From positions 1 through 44,079 of the forward strand of contig JBNGIO010005378.1 of the NCBI GenBank assembly GCA_049999805.1: a stretch of 44,079 nucleotides of DNA, written 5' to 3'. The notes beneath the pieces are model-generated. The model ran no database searches. It saw only the letters and a program-made list of their open reading frames with translations, and was not told the origin of the DNA. Made by a program: the position numbers and the translations under genes. This DNA comes from Folioceros fuciformis. Its lineage: Eukaryota. The number at the start of each line of letters is the position of its first letter. The first letter of the stretch is position 1. Shown one piece after another: positions 32,840 to 44,079 of this stretch.

Positions 32840-33227
32840 ACTACCTCATCACTGCTGCAAAAAAAAATGACTAGCAAGGCAAGACTGAGGAGGCTACTTT
32901 GTGTTGCTGCAAACGGAGGCAGAACTCCGGAAGGCGGATTTCATTCTTACCTACAGGAGCAGAAGTTTCAAAAACAGTTAGTGAATGGAGGACTCCATTT
33001 TTTTTTATGTACATTTCCGATCCATCCTTTGGGGAGTCTACTCTTGATTCGCAATCTGGACCAGCTGTCTGACAAGGTAACATAAAGAGAAACTGCACCC
33101 TCGAAGATACAAAATGCTGTCAGCTCAGAGTCAACCTGGGTTCCCGAAAGCAAGGAACTCTCATGCTACCCAAAAAAAGAACGACTGTGCTTTGACTGGC
33201 ACTTACATGGCCAACTAGTGCACATCC

Positions 33228-34571
33228 CTACCTAAGTAGACTTTCCGATTGTTCCTGCCGGAAGATGGGATGCTTGAGCAAATCGCTGGCCGAAGGTCTC
33301 ACCTTCGCTGTGGGATGCATCAAACCCTTTAACAAGTTCTGAAAGGACAGGGAAAAACCAGGAAGCAGAGTTAGACGCCCTTGCCGAATCGCTTGAAACT
33401 GAGCGCCTGAGGCTGGCAACGGCGCTCCTCTCGCCAGCTCGTAGATGGTAGCGCCTAGGGAGAACACGTCGGCCTTGGAAAGGTCACTATAGTCGTCCTT
33501 CAGAATCTCCAGGGGCAGATAACGGGCATCCCCTTCCTCCACTGAGATGCTGCAGTCCACTCGAGTAGCCCTACCAAAGTCGCCCAGCTTGAACACGCCA
33601 TTCTGAGAATAAATATTGCTAGGCTTGATGTCCATGTGTACCAAGCCCTGGGAGTGGATGTGAGTCATGGCATTGGCAATCTGGCGCATCGCATCCACCA
33701 GGTACTTCTCAGAAACTTCCTCCTGATGCTCCGAGAGCGTACCATCACAAAGCTCAGTTTGAATGTACAAATGATCAGCCTCAAACCAAGAGCTGTAATA
33801 ACGTAACACATTGGTGTGGTGCCCCAATGCAGCCAGGGCCTGCACCTCCGTCAGCGCTTCCTTCCTCTCCCTGTCCAGCTTCAGCGGGCGCAGAGACTGC
33901 TTCACGGCATAGTAGCATCCGTCAATACGCTTGATGACCTTAAACACCTTGCTAAAGTTCCCTCTCCCGAGCTCCTCCATCTCGTGAAACTCATCCCTGT
34001 ACCTCGAAAGACAGTTCCCTCCCACGACCCCCGCCATAGCCGGTGCCAGCGTCCTGGCTCGAAACGGATGATTCTTTGGGTCCCGCTTCAACTTCACCTC
34101 CTCCCCATCCGCCTCCTTGAGGAACGGGTTTTTGATACAGGGAGGAGACAACACTCTCTGCCGCACCGCCGTGAGCCTGCTCCCCCTGGTGTACCAGGAC
34201 CCCGAAAATGCGTCCTCCGAAAGCGCCGAGCTCGGCCCTGACGGCCACGACTCCGGTGGAAACACGCAATCCGGCCGCGGCCGCTTCCCTCGCAGCGGTG
34301 TCAGGCCCGCGGGGGGACATAACGGCACCGAATTCTCCTTGTCCCGATCGTTGTCCACCGGAGTGATGTAGTCAGGGGTGCAAAAGAGATCCTGGCTGCA
34401 GAGGTAGTCATCCGGCTCCTGCTCCAACACAGAATCGGGCTTGGCTCGCTCCGGCTCGATGGCCTCGCCGAGCAGCCAGCTGCTCTCCTGCTGCAGCGGA
34501 GTCCGCAAACACACTTGGCTCATCTGCTGGCTCAATGACAGCCCTTCCGCCGATTGCTCTGCCAGCGTCAT
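33228..34571 (-). CDS. WEE1: WEE1-like protein kinase, single coding exon
   Basis: Plant WEE1 N-terminal SQDLFCTPDYITP motif. Kinase domain SRYRDEFHE..ELGRGNFSKVFK...DGCYYAVK, HMDIKPSN, DFG and the Wee-specific EEGDARY. First ATG at 34571. Confidence 0.93.
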   Translation of the reverse strand: MTLAEQSAEGLSLSQQMSQVCLRTPLQQESSWLLGEAIEPERAKPDSVLEQEPDDYLCSQDLFCTPDYITPVDNDRDKENSVPLCPPAGLTPLRGKRPRPDCVFPPESWPSGPSSALSEDAFSGSWYTRGSRLTAVRQRVLSPPCIKNPFLKEADGEEVKLKRDPKNHPFRARTLAPAMAGVVGGNCLSRYRDEFHEMEELGRGNFSKVFKVIKRIDGCYYAVKQSLRPLKLDRERKEALTEVQALAALGHHTNVLRYYSSWFEADHLYIQTELCDGTLSEHQEEVSEKYLVDAMRQIANAMTHIHSQGLVHMDIKPSNIYSQNGVFKLGDFGRATRVDCSISVEEGDARYLPLEILKDDYSDLSKADVFSLGATIYELARGAPLPASGAQFQAIRQGRLTLLPGFSLSFQNLLKGLMHPTAKVRPSASDLLKHPIFRQEQSESLLR

Positions 34572-35034
34572 AGCCGCCACTCACACCATCTCCCGAGCCG
34601 AGCCGAGGAATGGAGCTAAGCGACAATGCTGGCGCCAACCTCCAGTGCAGGGAAGGCTCGACCCAGTGCGTGAAGATCCCCAAAAGATCACAGAACTGAG
34701 AAGGAGAAAGGGCATAAAGGCGGGAACAAGGACCAGATGTTTAAAACAAAATTTGGCGGCATCGGGGCTTCAATAATAACACGCAGTTTGTTTTGTTTTT
34801 TATGATCAGATATCCGGCGTGCATGAAACTACATATGTACTTCTCTCGTGGATGTATGTAGTCACTACATGCAATGTTTTTCAAATCGACCGGGCGGAAG
34901 GGGGAGTCTTTGGGAATTGTGGGACAATGAAACTCAAGTTGTTTAAAACTTAGAGCTATGATCCCATGATCCTTGTGGATAATCCTTCTCCCAAAGGTTG
35001 AATCGTGAACCAAAAAACTTAGTACAGACATCAA

Positions 35035-35870
35035 TCTCTTGCAAGAGGTACAACAGAGGACAAGACATGAGAGGTACAATAAGCATCGTAGGACCTGAAG
35101 CCTTTGTACAATCTCAATCTCATGCCCGTGCATAGGTTAGATGTGGCACCGGAAAGACAAAGCTTTTGAATGTTAATCCTCCTCTTGCAAGAGGTACAAT
35201 GTCAGACCTTACTCCTCTTGCAAGAGATGCAGTGTCAGACCTTATTCCTCATGCAAGACATGAGAGGTACAATAAGCATCGTAGGACTTGAGACCTTTCA
35301 TACCTTATTCCTCATGCAAGACATGAGAGGTACAATAAGCATCGAGGACTTGAGACCTTTGTACAATCTCAATCTCAAGTCCGTGCATACATTGGCTTGT
35401 GCATAGGTTAGATGTGGCACCGGAAAGACAAAGCTTTTGAATGTTAATCCTCCTCTTGCAAGAGGTAGAATGTCAGACCTTACTCCTCGTGCAAGACATC
35501 AGAGGTACAATAAGCATTGTAGGACTTGAGACCTTTGTACAATCTCAATCTCAAGCCCGTGCATACGTTGGCCCGCACATAGGTTAGATATTAGATGTAG
35601 ATGCAAGAGGTGCAGTGTTAGTTCTTACTCCTCATGTGCAAGACATGAGAGGTACAATAAGCATCGTAGGACCTAAAACCTTTGTACAATCTCAATCTCA
35701 AGCCCATGCATAAGTTGGATGCGGCACCCGAAAGACAAAGCTTTTGAATGTTAATCCTCCTCTTGCAAGAGGTACAATGTCAGACCTTACGTGCAGTGTC
35801 AGACCTTACTCCACATGCAAGAGGTGCAATGTCAGACCTTACTCCTTACTCCTCGGACAAGAGGTGCAAT
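35035..35870. repeat. Composite (higher-order) tandem repeat
   Basis: Three shuffled sub-units: about 31 bp GCAAGAGGTRCARTGTCAGACCTTACTCCTC; GCAAGACATGAGAGGTACAATAAGCATCGTAGGAC...; and GGTTAGATGTGGCACCGGAAAGACAAAGCTTTTGAATGTTAATCCTCCTCTT (at about 35135, 35406, 35713). Confidence 0.9.
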
Positions 35871-35959
35871 GCAACACCAAAAGATGTAGTACCTTAATCC
35901 TTGCACGAGAGCTTTGATGAGGTACCAAAAGAGAAATTTGATGGCCACCCCTTTCAACA

Positions 35960-37020
35960 TTGAGACCAAAAGCTTTTGTGTGTTCGTCCTTGTGCCAGAG
36001 GTTGGTGGGGATTGATTGGGACATGGGACAAAGACCTTTGGTTCGAACATGGGACCAAAAGTTATCGTACGTTGATTATTGTGCCAAAGCTTTGATTGGA
36101 ATAACGACAAAGATTCATGGGAACTGATTGGAACATGGAACGAAGATCTTTGGTTCAAATTTGACTGATTGGAACATGGGACACAACTCTTTGCTTTGAT
36201 GGGAATTGATTGGGACATGACCTGACATGAGACAAACACTTTTGGTTTGATTGGGATCGATTGGGACATGACCTTGGGAAAGGGTCCCATGTCTAAGACA
36301 TGGGACCCTTTCCCAAGGTCATGTCCCAATGGTTCCATAGTTTATGGATGGATTCAATGGGGATGATAAGGATCCAAGGGTCCCGTGTCTTAGACATGGA
36401 ACCCTTTCCCAAGGTCATGTCCCAATGGTTCCATAGTTTATGGATGGATTAGATGGTGATGATAGGGATCCATTGTGACCAAAGGAAACTTTGATATGAT
36501 GGGGACGATGGGGACCCATTGTGGCAAAAAAAACGCTTGGATTGGATGGGGATGATGGGTATCCACTATGACAAAAAATAACTTCTATTTAATGGAGATG
36601 ATGGGAACCCATTATGATAGAAAGAAAACTTTGATTCCATCGAATGTCCAACCTTGGAACAAAACATATTATCCCTAACTCTTGGACCAAAGAAACTTTG
36701 GTTCTATAGGGACCATTAGAACAAAAACCTTGATGCAAAGTTCCACCGAAAACCTTCAGTCAAAGTTGGGACAAAAACTTTTGTTGCCCTTTGATGCAAT
36801 GGGCAAGGACCAAGACTTATTGTATGATTGAACAAAAACCTAATTTGATGATGCAATGGTTTTGGTTCAATGGGTTAGGACAACAACCTTGATTCATGGG
36901 CAAACTTAAATCCTAAACTTGGGAACCAAAACTAAGCCCAAAAGACCTAAGTTTAAGGTCCCCAAGCTTAAACAAAAACCTTTTAGTTAGATTGGGACAG
37001 CAAGGCAAAAAGCCTTTGGG
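35960..37020. repeat. Degenerate short-unit repeat region containing a perfect 71-bp inverted repeat (36260-36330) and a partial direct copy (about 36378-36450)
   Basis: Recurrent GATTGGGACATG / GATGATGGGACCCATT / CAAAA..TTTG units. The hairpin has 35-bp arms around one central A. Confidence 0.8.
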
Positions 37021-37649
37021 AAGAGGACAGCTTCCTAGAGTTGTCTAATGACATCTATTGTGTGACTTATCAGTTTGCTTAGTGAAATATATATATTAAC
37101 TTACGATGTGTTTAGTGGTTTACGTTTAAGAATGAGGGTTGCTTGATGCGAGTACCTTGGGAGAGACCAAGGTTTGTACAGGAGGGTATTTGAAGGGTAT
37201 AAGGCTGTTTACCGTTGCTTTTAATATGAGAAAAAAGATAAGCGATGGGCAAGAGGTCCCACTGGCCCTGCAGCTAGGCACTAGCTCCAAATCGACTCTG
37301 ACCTGCCCGGCGCAAGCTGAAGATTCCAAGCATTAAAGAGCCATCTATTTCGACACACTTGGGTATGCGTGAATCGTTGCAAACGTGCTCGAGTAGTCGT
37401 TGTCACGCTCTCCATTAATAAAGGTCATTGGACAATGGAGCGAGCGCCGTCGAATTTGCTTCCCGATCCACGCTTCGTCTCGTCTTCGCACGGACCTCCG
37501 ATTTGTTATGTAGCCTTTGCATGGCAGCCATGGAGGAGCAGCTTCTTCAGATCTGGGAAACATGAGTTCTGTCAAGGACAAGGATCCATCACCGTGGAAA
37601 ATTCTCAATGCGGGGGTATAAAAATAATAATGCAGTTTAATTAATATGT

Positions 37650-37858
37650 GTAATGTATGTACATTATTCAAGCATAAACAAAAACAAAGTATATTCTCCT
37701 AAAGATGTTTTGTTATATATTATCTCTCCATTAAAAGCCTATTTATATATCCTCAGAAACCCTAAAAATGAAAAGACATCTATGGCTGATAAAACAGTCC
37801 ACGGGATAAATAACGAGTGAAAGGGGCTATAACTACTTAAGGTAACAAAACCCTAACA
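37650..37858 (-). repeat. Putative 3' LTR of the copia element (distal boundary approximate)
   Basis: Minus strand AAGAGGGAG (PPT) is followed directly by TGTTAGGG at 37858, and TATATAAATAGG lies at about 37749-37738. No second LTR is available to confirm the end. Confidence 0.55.
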
Positions 37859-38736
37859 CTCCCTCTTAGCCCTCACGAGTCGCACACAGGAGTAAACCAC
37901 ACGTGTCGCACATTATGGCATCAAACTTTGTCCAACTCCAGTCTTCTTCACGTTCACCACGAGATCAAGCTCTGGAGTGTCTCGAACAGCTCTTAAGCGC
38001 ACTTGCTGTGCCTGAGACGGACATCAGTGAGATCGCGTTCCAGCAAACTTCGCGAGAAATGTCGACAGGCAACAAAAAACGCCACTTCAGCAAGGAGCGA
38101 GGGCCCCCATTGATAGAGACAACTCTGGCTCCTATTCAGCCCCCTGCACCTTCGTCTCCAGTGATACTGGCAACATCTCCATCTGTTCCTAGGAACGCAG
38201 CAGTGCAAACTTTGAGGAACCTACGGGTGAGATGGGCAGGAGTGAAGGATATGTCGTGGCGCTTCATCAAAACAAATGGAAAGCTCGACTCCCAAGGAAG
38301 CATGACTCTCGGGAACAGCACGGAGATTCTTCAGAGCTCATTCGACGAGGAAGGGGAGGTAAACAGCCATGTGCAATCTTGCGTGATAGAGGAGGAGGCA
38401 CCAATAGGCATCGACCAACAGGTGATTAGATCTTTTGTTGAAGCTTCATCCATCTGTTGCTTCGACTTTGCTCTTATTATACAGGTTTCTCTGGATACTG
38501 TGCACATCATCCTCCTAAAATCTGTATCGTGCTCCCTCTATCACAGAACAAGCAGGAGAACAACAGATCTACAAACAGGGGGGAGGATATCACATCCAGT
38601 TGTTGAAGAAATCCACTGTAAACTTTCTGTTGTCAGCATATATCAGTAGAAGTAACATTGTTTCCTCCGCCTGGTGTACTTGGACAAATTTACAGGATAG
38701 TGAAGTTTGAGAACACCAGATAGGAAGAACACGTAG

Positions 38737-40497
38737 TTAAATATGGCTTGAGTAGACAGAAAAATCTGCCAAGCCTAACCCTTCCATATGTTGACAGTGT
38801 TTTTGCTTGGGCAGCCCTTTTGTTAGTATATCGGCTGTGTTCAAGTTTGTAGATATGTAGTTGATAGCGGCAATCCCTCTTTCCACAATATCTCTGATGT
38901 AATGATGTTGTATCTCTATGTGTTTAGTCCTTGCATGGTATTTAGGATGAGAAACGAGATCAAGGGCTGACATATTATCACACAGCAGAGAAGTGGGACT
39001 GTCCTGTTGTTGCCCCAAGTCTAACAGGAAGGTTCGTTCCCATTCGAGTTCTTTAGAAGCTTCTGTTAAGCTTTTGTATTCTGCTTCTGTATAAGATAAG
39101 GCTATTGACATTTGCTTCTTGCTGCTCCAGCTTACCATTGTAGAGGACAGCATGAAGCAATATGCTGATATGCTGCGTCTCGAATCACTATCAGAGGCCC
39201 AATCGGCATCTGTAAAACCAGTTAGGGTAAGTCTTCCAGTGCCAGATGATTTGTAAATAAGCCCGGTGTATTCTGTACCCTTTAAATAACGAATCACCCT
39301 CTTAACTGCCACCCAATGAGCCCTGCCGGGGTTCTCCAGAAATTGTGACAAGGTGCTGACCGCATACTGTATATCCGGCCTTGTCCAGTTGGCAATAAAC
39401 AGTAAACTGCCTACAGCTTGCCGGTAGGGGACTGTGGCCATTTCTCTTATCTCATCACACTCCTGGGGACACTGTAGGCTGGTAAGCTTCATTCCTATAG
39501 CCATGGGTGTAGTTGCAGGGCGTGCTTGCTCAAGTTTAAATTTTACTAACAGTTCCTGGACATATTGGTACTGATGAATTATTAGCAACCCTTCTGATCT
39601 AACACGTAGGAGTTGTATTCCTAAACAGAATTTCAACTCTCCTATATCCTTCATATCAAACTTGCTGCTCAGCACACTCTTGACTTCTGCTAACAAAGGT
39701 TGGTGGTTTGTAGCCAGAATCAAGTCATCAACATATATGGCCACTATAAGAAAGTGCTGTCCACGAGTGATCTTGTATACTGTGCCATCAGCAACACTCT
39801 GTATAAAGGAATTGGCAAGAAGATACTCATGGATAGTGAGGTACCAGATTCGGCCACTCTGCTTCAAGCCATATATGGTTTTCAGCAACTTGAGGACCTT
39901 ATTTGGGTGCTGTTTATCTTCGTAGCCTTCAGGTTGTATCATATAAAGTTCTTCGTTTAATGCCCCATACAAATATGCAGTACACACGTCCATTTGGTGA
40001 AGGTCAAGATTCAGTTCAGCAGCCCGAGCCAAGATCATCCTTATAGATTGAGCTCGGACAACAGGTGAGAATGTTTCTTAATAATCCAGACCTTCAACCT
40101 GAGTAAAACCTCTAGCAACTAGTCTGGCTTTGTGTATTGCAATCTCTCCTTTGGCATTTAACTTAAGTTTGAATACCCATTTACAGGATATCGGTTTTCT
40201 GCCCTTGGGGAGATCTGCTAGCACCCAAGTATGATTCTTAATGAGGGAATTGTACTCATCATCGACGGCAAACTTCCATTTGTCTTTATCAGGGCCAGAA
40301 AATGCCTGGTCAAGTGTCTTAGGTTCTAGGTGTATTGTACTTGAAGCTGAATGGCAAGCATTTGCATATGAAGTTCTGAAATCAATGGACTCATATCTAG
40401 GTTCTTTCCATTGTTCAGAAGGTAGCCTATTTATGCTAGATCTACGGGGAGGATCAGCTACTGGATCAGGCTGTGCAGGTTGGGGCACATCTTCCAC
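38737..40497 (-). pseudogene. Copia reverse transcriptase and RNase H, with one in-frame stop
   Basis: EPKT...KWVFKLK...KARLVARGFTQ..GLDY*ETFSPV...QMDVCTAYLYG...YGLKQSGR.W...YVDDL...TDADWA...RTKHI. TAA at 40080-40078. Confidence 0.92.
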
Positions 40498-40720
40498 TGT
40501 CCTATGTTCAGGTAAAGGTACTCCCTCTGCAGCTGGATCAATAGGTAAGGGCTCCTTAATGACCTGTAAATTTGCAGCAGGGGGACAAACACAGCAGGAT
40601 GTTCATTTCCTACACATCTTANNNNNNNNNNNNNNNNNNNNNNNNNNNNNNNNNNNNNNNNNNNNNNNNNNNNNNNNNNNNNNNNNNNNNNNNNNNNNNN
40701 NNNNNNNNNNNNNNNNNNNN

Positions 40721-41540
40721 NAACATCAGCATCCTCAAGCAATTCATCAGCAACATCAGAAGGATATGATGAATCAAGTGGTTCAGCAGCGGAAAGTAAG
40801 TCTTCTGGAGGCGATTGTAATAATGGCTGATTGAGTAGTTGAGGTTGCTGAGTTTCCAAGAAAGTGACTGAACGAGCTAACACTACACAATTGTTGACAG
40901 GGTCATACAGTTTGTATGCCTTCGATCGCTCACTGTATCCTACAAATATGAGGGCTTGGGCTCGAGGATCTAACTTGCGACGTTTCTCCCTCGGAACGAG
41001 AGCAAAAGCCTTAGAGCCCAAAAGCCTTAGAGCCAAAAACACGAAGGTTAAGTAAGCTTGGCTTTCTATTCCACATAGCTTCATAGGGAGTCCGGGAGGA
41101 GATCGAACTGGTAAAGAGCCGATTCAAAATGTAAGTGGCAGCTACAATAGCTTCAGCCCAAAAAGTTTGGGGTAAGCCTGCCCATAGTAGCATACTTCTG
41201 GTCATAGCCAGAAGTGTTTGATTCTTTCTTTCTGCAACACCGTTTTGTTGTGGTGTGTATGGTACAGTGAGTTGACGTTGTATGCCTTTATCTTGCAGAT
41301 AGGAATCAAAAGTACGGTTCACAAATTCAGTGCCATTATCAGTCCGAAGACACTTGAGAAGTTTGTCAGTTTGTCTTTCTACTAACTGTAACCATTCCTG
41401 AAATATTTCAAAGGTATCACTTTTGAGGTATAGTGGAAATGTCCAAGTATAACGAGAGTAGTCGTCCGTAATACACAGGTAATACAAAGCTCCACCTAAT
41501 GAAGCAACTTGTATCTTGCCTGAGATATCGGCATGTACTA
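40721..41540 (-). pseudogene. Copia integrase, frameshifted
   Basis: DDYSRYTW, LRTDNGTEF, PQQNGVAERKN and KLDPRA..IFVGY. A 16-bp tandem duplication CAAAAGCCTTAGAGCC (41003-41034) shifts the frame. Confidence 0.9.
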
Positions 41541-41542
41541 AC

Positions 41543-43204
41543 TCAAGAATTTTTGTGGCTCTGTAGGAGGCTGTTGAGGGGAATGGATGTTCCTTCTGTT
41601 TTCGCGATTATACAGGCTTCACAAGGAGGTAGCTCCTTGAATACTTGAGGTAATTGCTCATTATGACAGTCTTGTAGGGACATGTCTAACAGCTTACGCT
41701 TATTAACATGTCCCAATCGTGCATGCCACAGGACAACAAGATGCTTAGACTGTTTGGAAACCACAGCAGCCTTATGTTGGAGAACATATACATCCAGCCT
41801 ATACAAGCCATATTCAAGAACTCCTTTAAAAACAGGGAACTCAGGTGTGGTCTGTAGGTAGAAAAGGCAAACTTGTTCTGTAGCCTTCATCTCATATTTG
41901 CCAATCTGCATCAATTTGCTCAAGGAGAACAAATTTTTGGCCATTGATGGAACATACACTACATCTTCAAGTGTAAGTATCGAACCATCATGCAGAGGGA
42001 ACTTGCAGACCCCACTACCCTGAATAGGTAGACTAGTCCTGTTGGTTTCATCACCAAGTAGAACACGTTCGTTTGTGTAATTGGGGGTAAACTCATAGAA
42101 AAGTTCCCTGTTTCTCCAAATATGAGAAGTTGCACCGGAGTCCAAAAACCTGCTATCTTCAGCAGGAAAAGTACGTGCCAAACTAACAGTAAGTATCTTC
42201 ACTACTGACTTAGTGTCACCTTGTGTTTTAGATTTGGCTGATGCAGCTGCAACACTCTTCTGTGTACGCTGCGGCTCGCCTGCTTCCTTCCTCCTGCAGT
42301 CTCTTGCCCAGTGGCCTGCAATTCCACACCAATTGCAATTTCCAGGGCGCTTAACTGTTGCAGGAGGTCTATTATGAGAGTTTGCAGGCATTTTTCCCTT
42401 TCCTCTAAAAACCCTTTGGTTAATGGCCAGTATTTTTTCTGATCTGTTCTTAGGAACAGTCTGAGAAAAAGTTCTGCTTTGTTCTTCCTGGTACAGAGCC
42501 CCAATCACATCTTCTAATGTGACTGTGCTTGTACTTCCAAAGGCAACAGAAGCACTTGCATGGCGTATTGGGCCATTCTGGCTGGTCACAAAGGTCTGGT
42601 AGGAAGGAGGGAGTCTGGTCAGTAATTTGGCAACAGAATCAACCTCAGACATCGGAATGCCAGTTAACGAAGTGATCTGTGCCCTCAAATGTCTGAATTT
42701 GCTTGTGAATACAGCAACTTTCTCTCCCTCTCTCATACGTAGATTGTAGAATTCGTGCTTCAAAGCGCACAAAGTTAACACATTTTTAACTTGATGTGTC
42801 TTCTCTAGTTGATCCCATATCTCTGAAGCATTGGTTAGGAATTCAACTTCTGGGATGAGATCAGCATCCAGTCCTCCAATAAGAAGGGCAATCGCGATGC
42901 TGTTTAGTTCTTCCCATTCAGTTATCTTTTCTGCTGTGGGAGGAGGTATGGCGTTGGGGTCTGGTCTTCTGTATGTACCATCGACAATATTCCAGACATG
43001 TCGAGCTGTCAAGGTAGCTTTCATGCGAATACGCCATACAGGGTATTTGGTACCGTTAAAACGGTCTTTTTCCTTCAACTCTGATGTATATGTGGCCTTA
43101 GGTGCAATAGTAGTCGCCATACTGACAGTTGCTACTGAGTTCAGGCTTAGACTTTGCAGGCCATGGATTATGGAGTCAATGGCAGTAACTAGACCAAAGG
43201 TCAT
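41543..43204 (-). CDS. Copia gag-protease-GAG-pre-integrase ORF (frameshifted before the integrase core)
   Basis: FNGTKYPVW..RMKA (gag N-terminus), LLTRLPPSY, zinc knuckle CNWCGIAGHWARDC, protease LDSGATSH and LWHARLGH...CEAC. Confidence 0.9.
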   Translation of the reverse strand: MTFGLVTAIDSIIHGLQSLSLNSVATVSMATTIAPKATYTSELKEKDRFNGTKYPVWRIRMKATLTARHVWNIVDGTYRRPDPNAIPPPTAEKITEWEELNSIAIALLIGGLDADLIPEVEFLTNASEIWDQLEKTHQVKNVLTLCALKHEFYNLRMREGEKVAVFTSKFRHLRAQITSLTGIPMSEVDSVAKLLTRLPPSYQTFVTSQNGPIRHASASVAFGSTSTVTLEDVIGALYQEEQSRTFSQTVPKNRSEKILAINQRVFRGKGKMPANSHNRPPATVKRPGNCNWCGIAGHWARDCRRKEAGEPQRTQKSVAAASAKSKTQGDTKSVVKILTVSLARTFPAEDSRFLDSGATSHIWRNRELFYEFTPNYTNERVLLGDETNRTSLPIQGSGVCKFPLHDGSILTLEDVVYVPSMAKNLFSLSKLMQIGKYEMKATEQVCLFYLQTTPEFPVFKGVLEYGLYRLDVYVLQHKAAVVSKQSKHLVVLWHARLGHVNKRKLLDMSLQDCHNEQLPQVFKELPPCEACIIAKTEGTSIPLNSLLQSHKNS

Positions 43205-44079
43205 AAAGCTAAGGACCAGGTAAAGCAGAAACTATGGTTTTGCAAACTCCGGTACATGCACTATAACCTCTTCAGTTTTGTTTACTTGTAATTTACAGGT
43301 TATGAATTAATTAAAAGGTATTCAGGAAGAGTGTGATGGAGGGCAGAGCACGAACAGGAAAGGGCTCATCAAGACTATAGCCTCATCGTGTTAAACTCCC
43401 CATCACATTTTTCCTTAGATCACCAAAAGCTACAACCTTTCAGAAATGACTCCTAGTTTTAAAAAAAACGTTTCAAAAACGAAACCCTAACTACCTCCTC
43501 GTTTCATTGCAGAAAACAGTTTGAATGGGGAGATGAACAAACATAGCGAAGCATACTCTTGTAGGGGTGCAAGAGCACATCAAGAGACACAACGATTCAG
43601 ATCTGCCTCCTTAGAATCAGTCTTGCAGGTATGCTCACAATCTCCAAAGCGCCCAATAATCAAGGTCAGATTTTGTNNNNNNNNNNNNNNNNNNNNNNNN
43701 NNNNNNNNNNNNNNNNNNNNNNNNNNNNNNNNNNNNNNNNNNNNNNNNNNNNNNNNNNNNNNNNNNNNNNNNNNNNACTGTTGGGAAATAATTTGAGATT
43801 GCGACTGTTTTATCTGTGAAATTTTGTTTGTTAAATTCTGAAGGGCAGATTTAAAATCTCTCTGTTGATAATGAATTGCCTTATGTAAACTTGCAGATTT
43901 ACAGGGACTGTCTCGCTGATTCAACCTCGATACGAATACATCAGGCTGAACATGTTCTGCGAACACTTTAGTCTTCTGTCTTCTAAGATGATTTTGTGTC
44001 TTCTTACCAAGACATTTTTCTTTCTCTAGATATTCATAGAAATCTAGATTAAAATCAGAAGATAAGTGTTGTCTTCGTA

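Larger units (their letters stand above)
37650..43204 (-). mobile_element. Ty1/copia LTR retrotransposon, defective (3' LTR, 3' extra region, pol, gag; 5' LTR not seen)
   Basis: Domain order on the minus strand is gag, zinc knuckle, protease, integrase, RT, RNase H, followed by a PPT and an LTR start. Confidence 0.92.

Noticed and set aside
35035-35870. CRISPR-like appearance of ~31-bp repeats
   Set aside because: The intervening sequences are themselves repeated rather than unique spacers, there are no cas genes, and the context is eukaryotic.
43205-44079. Search for the copia 5' LTR and primer-binding site
   Set aside because: No match to 37650-37858 and no TGGTATCAGAGC-type PBS were seen. 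The region includes an N gap, so the element's 5' end is undetermined.

Overview
Eukaryotic plant nuclear DNA. Short (70-160 bp) GT-AG introns, tight gene packing and extended L-type PPR motifs suggest a seed-free plant, possibly a hornwort (inference). A gene-dense core (5.6-34.6 kb) lies between transposon-rich flanks. The left flank has an OTU-protease pseudogene inside a probable CACTA end, a Ty3/gypsy integrase scrap and a LINE zf-RVT scrap. The right flank has a composite tandem repeat, a perfect 71-bp hairpin and a defective Ty1/copia element. Recognisable genes are a 4-exon membrane magnesium transporter/EMC5, a PLS-class PPR protein without DYW, an intronless 2OG-Fe(II) dioxygenase that looks more fungal than plant (plus a decayed duplicate), a 2-exon twin-CX9C protein and an intronless WEE1. 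The most striking feature is a cluster of about 10 highly diverged paralogues of an unrecognised family (5 intact ORFs, about 5 pseudogenes or fragments). They share a ~200-aa domain (ITGF...L.L.P..VG.VLGL...G..(I/V)P...(F/Y)NWA..R(V/I)...LL..Y...ALP) followed by basic low-complexity or coiled-coil tails. Several also share a first coding exon of just ATG (or ATG plus one codon) followed by a phase-0 intron. All alignments were done by eye; no database search was possible.
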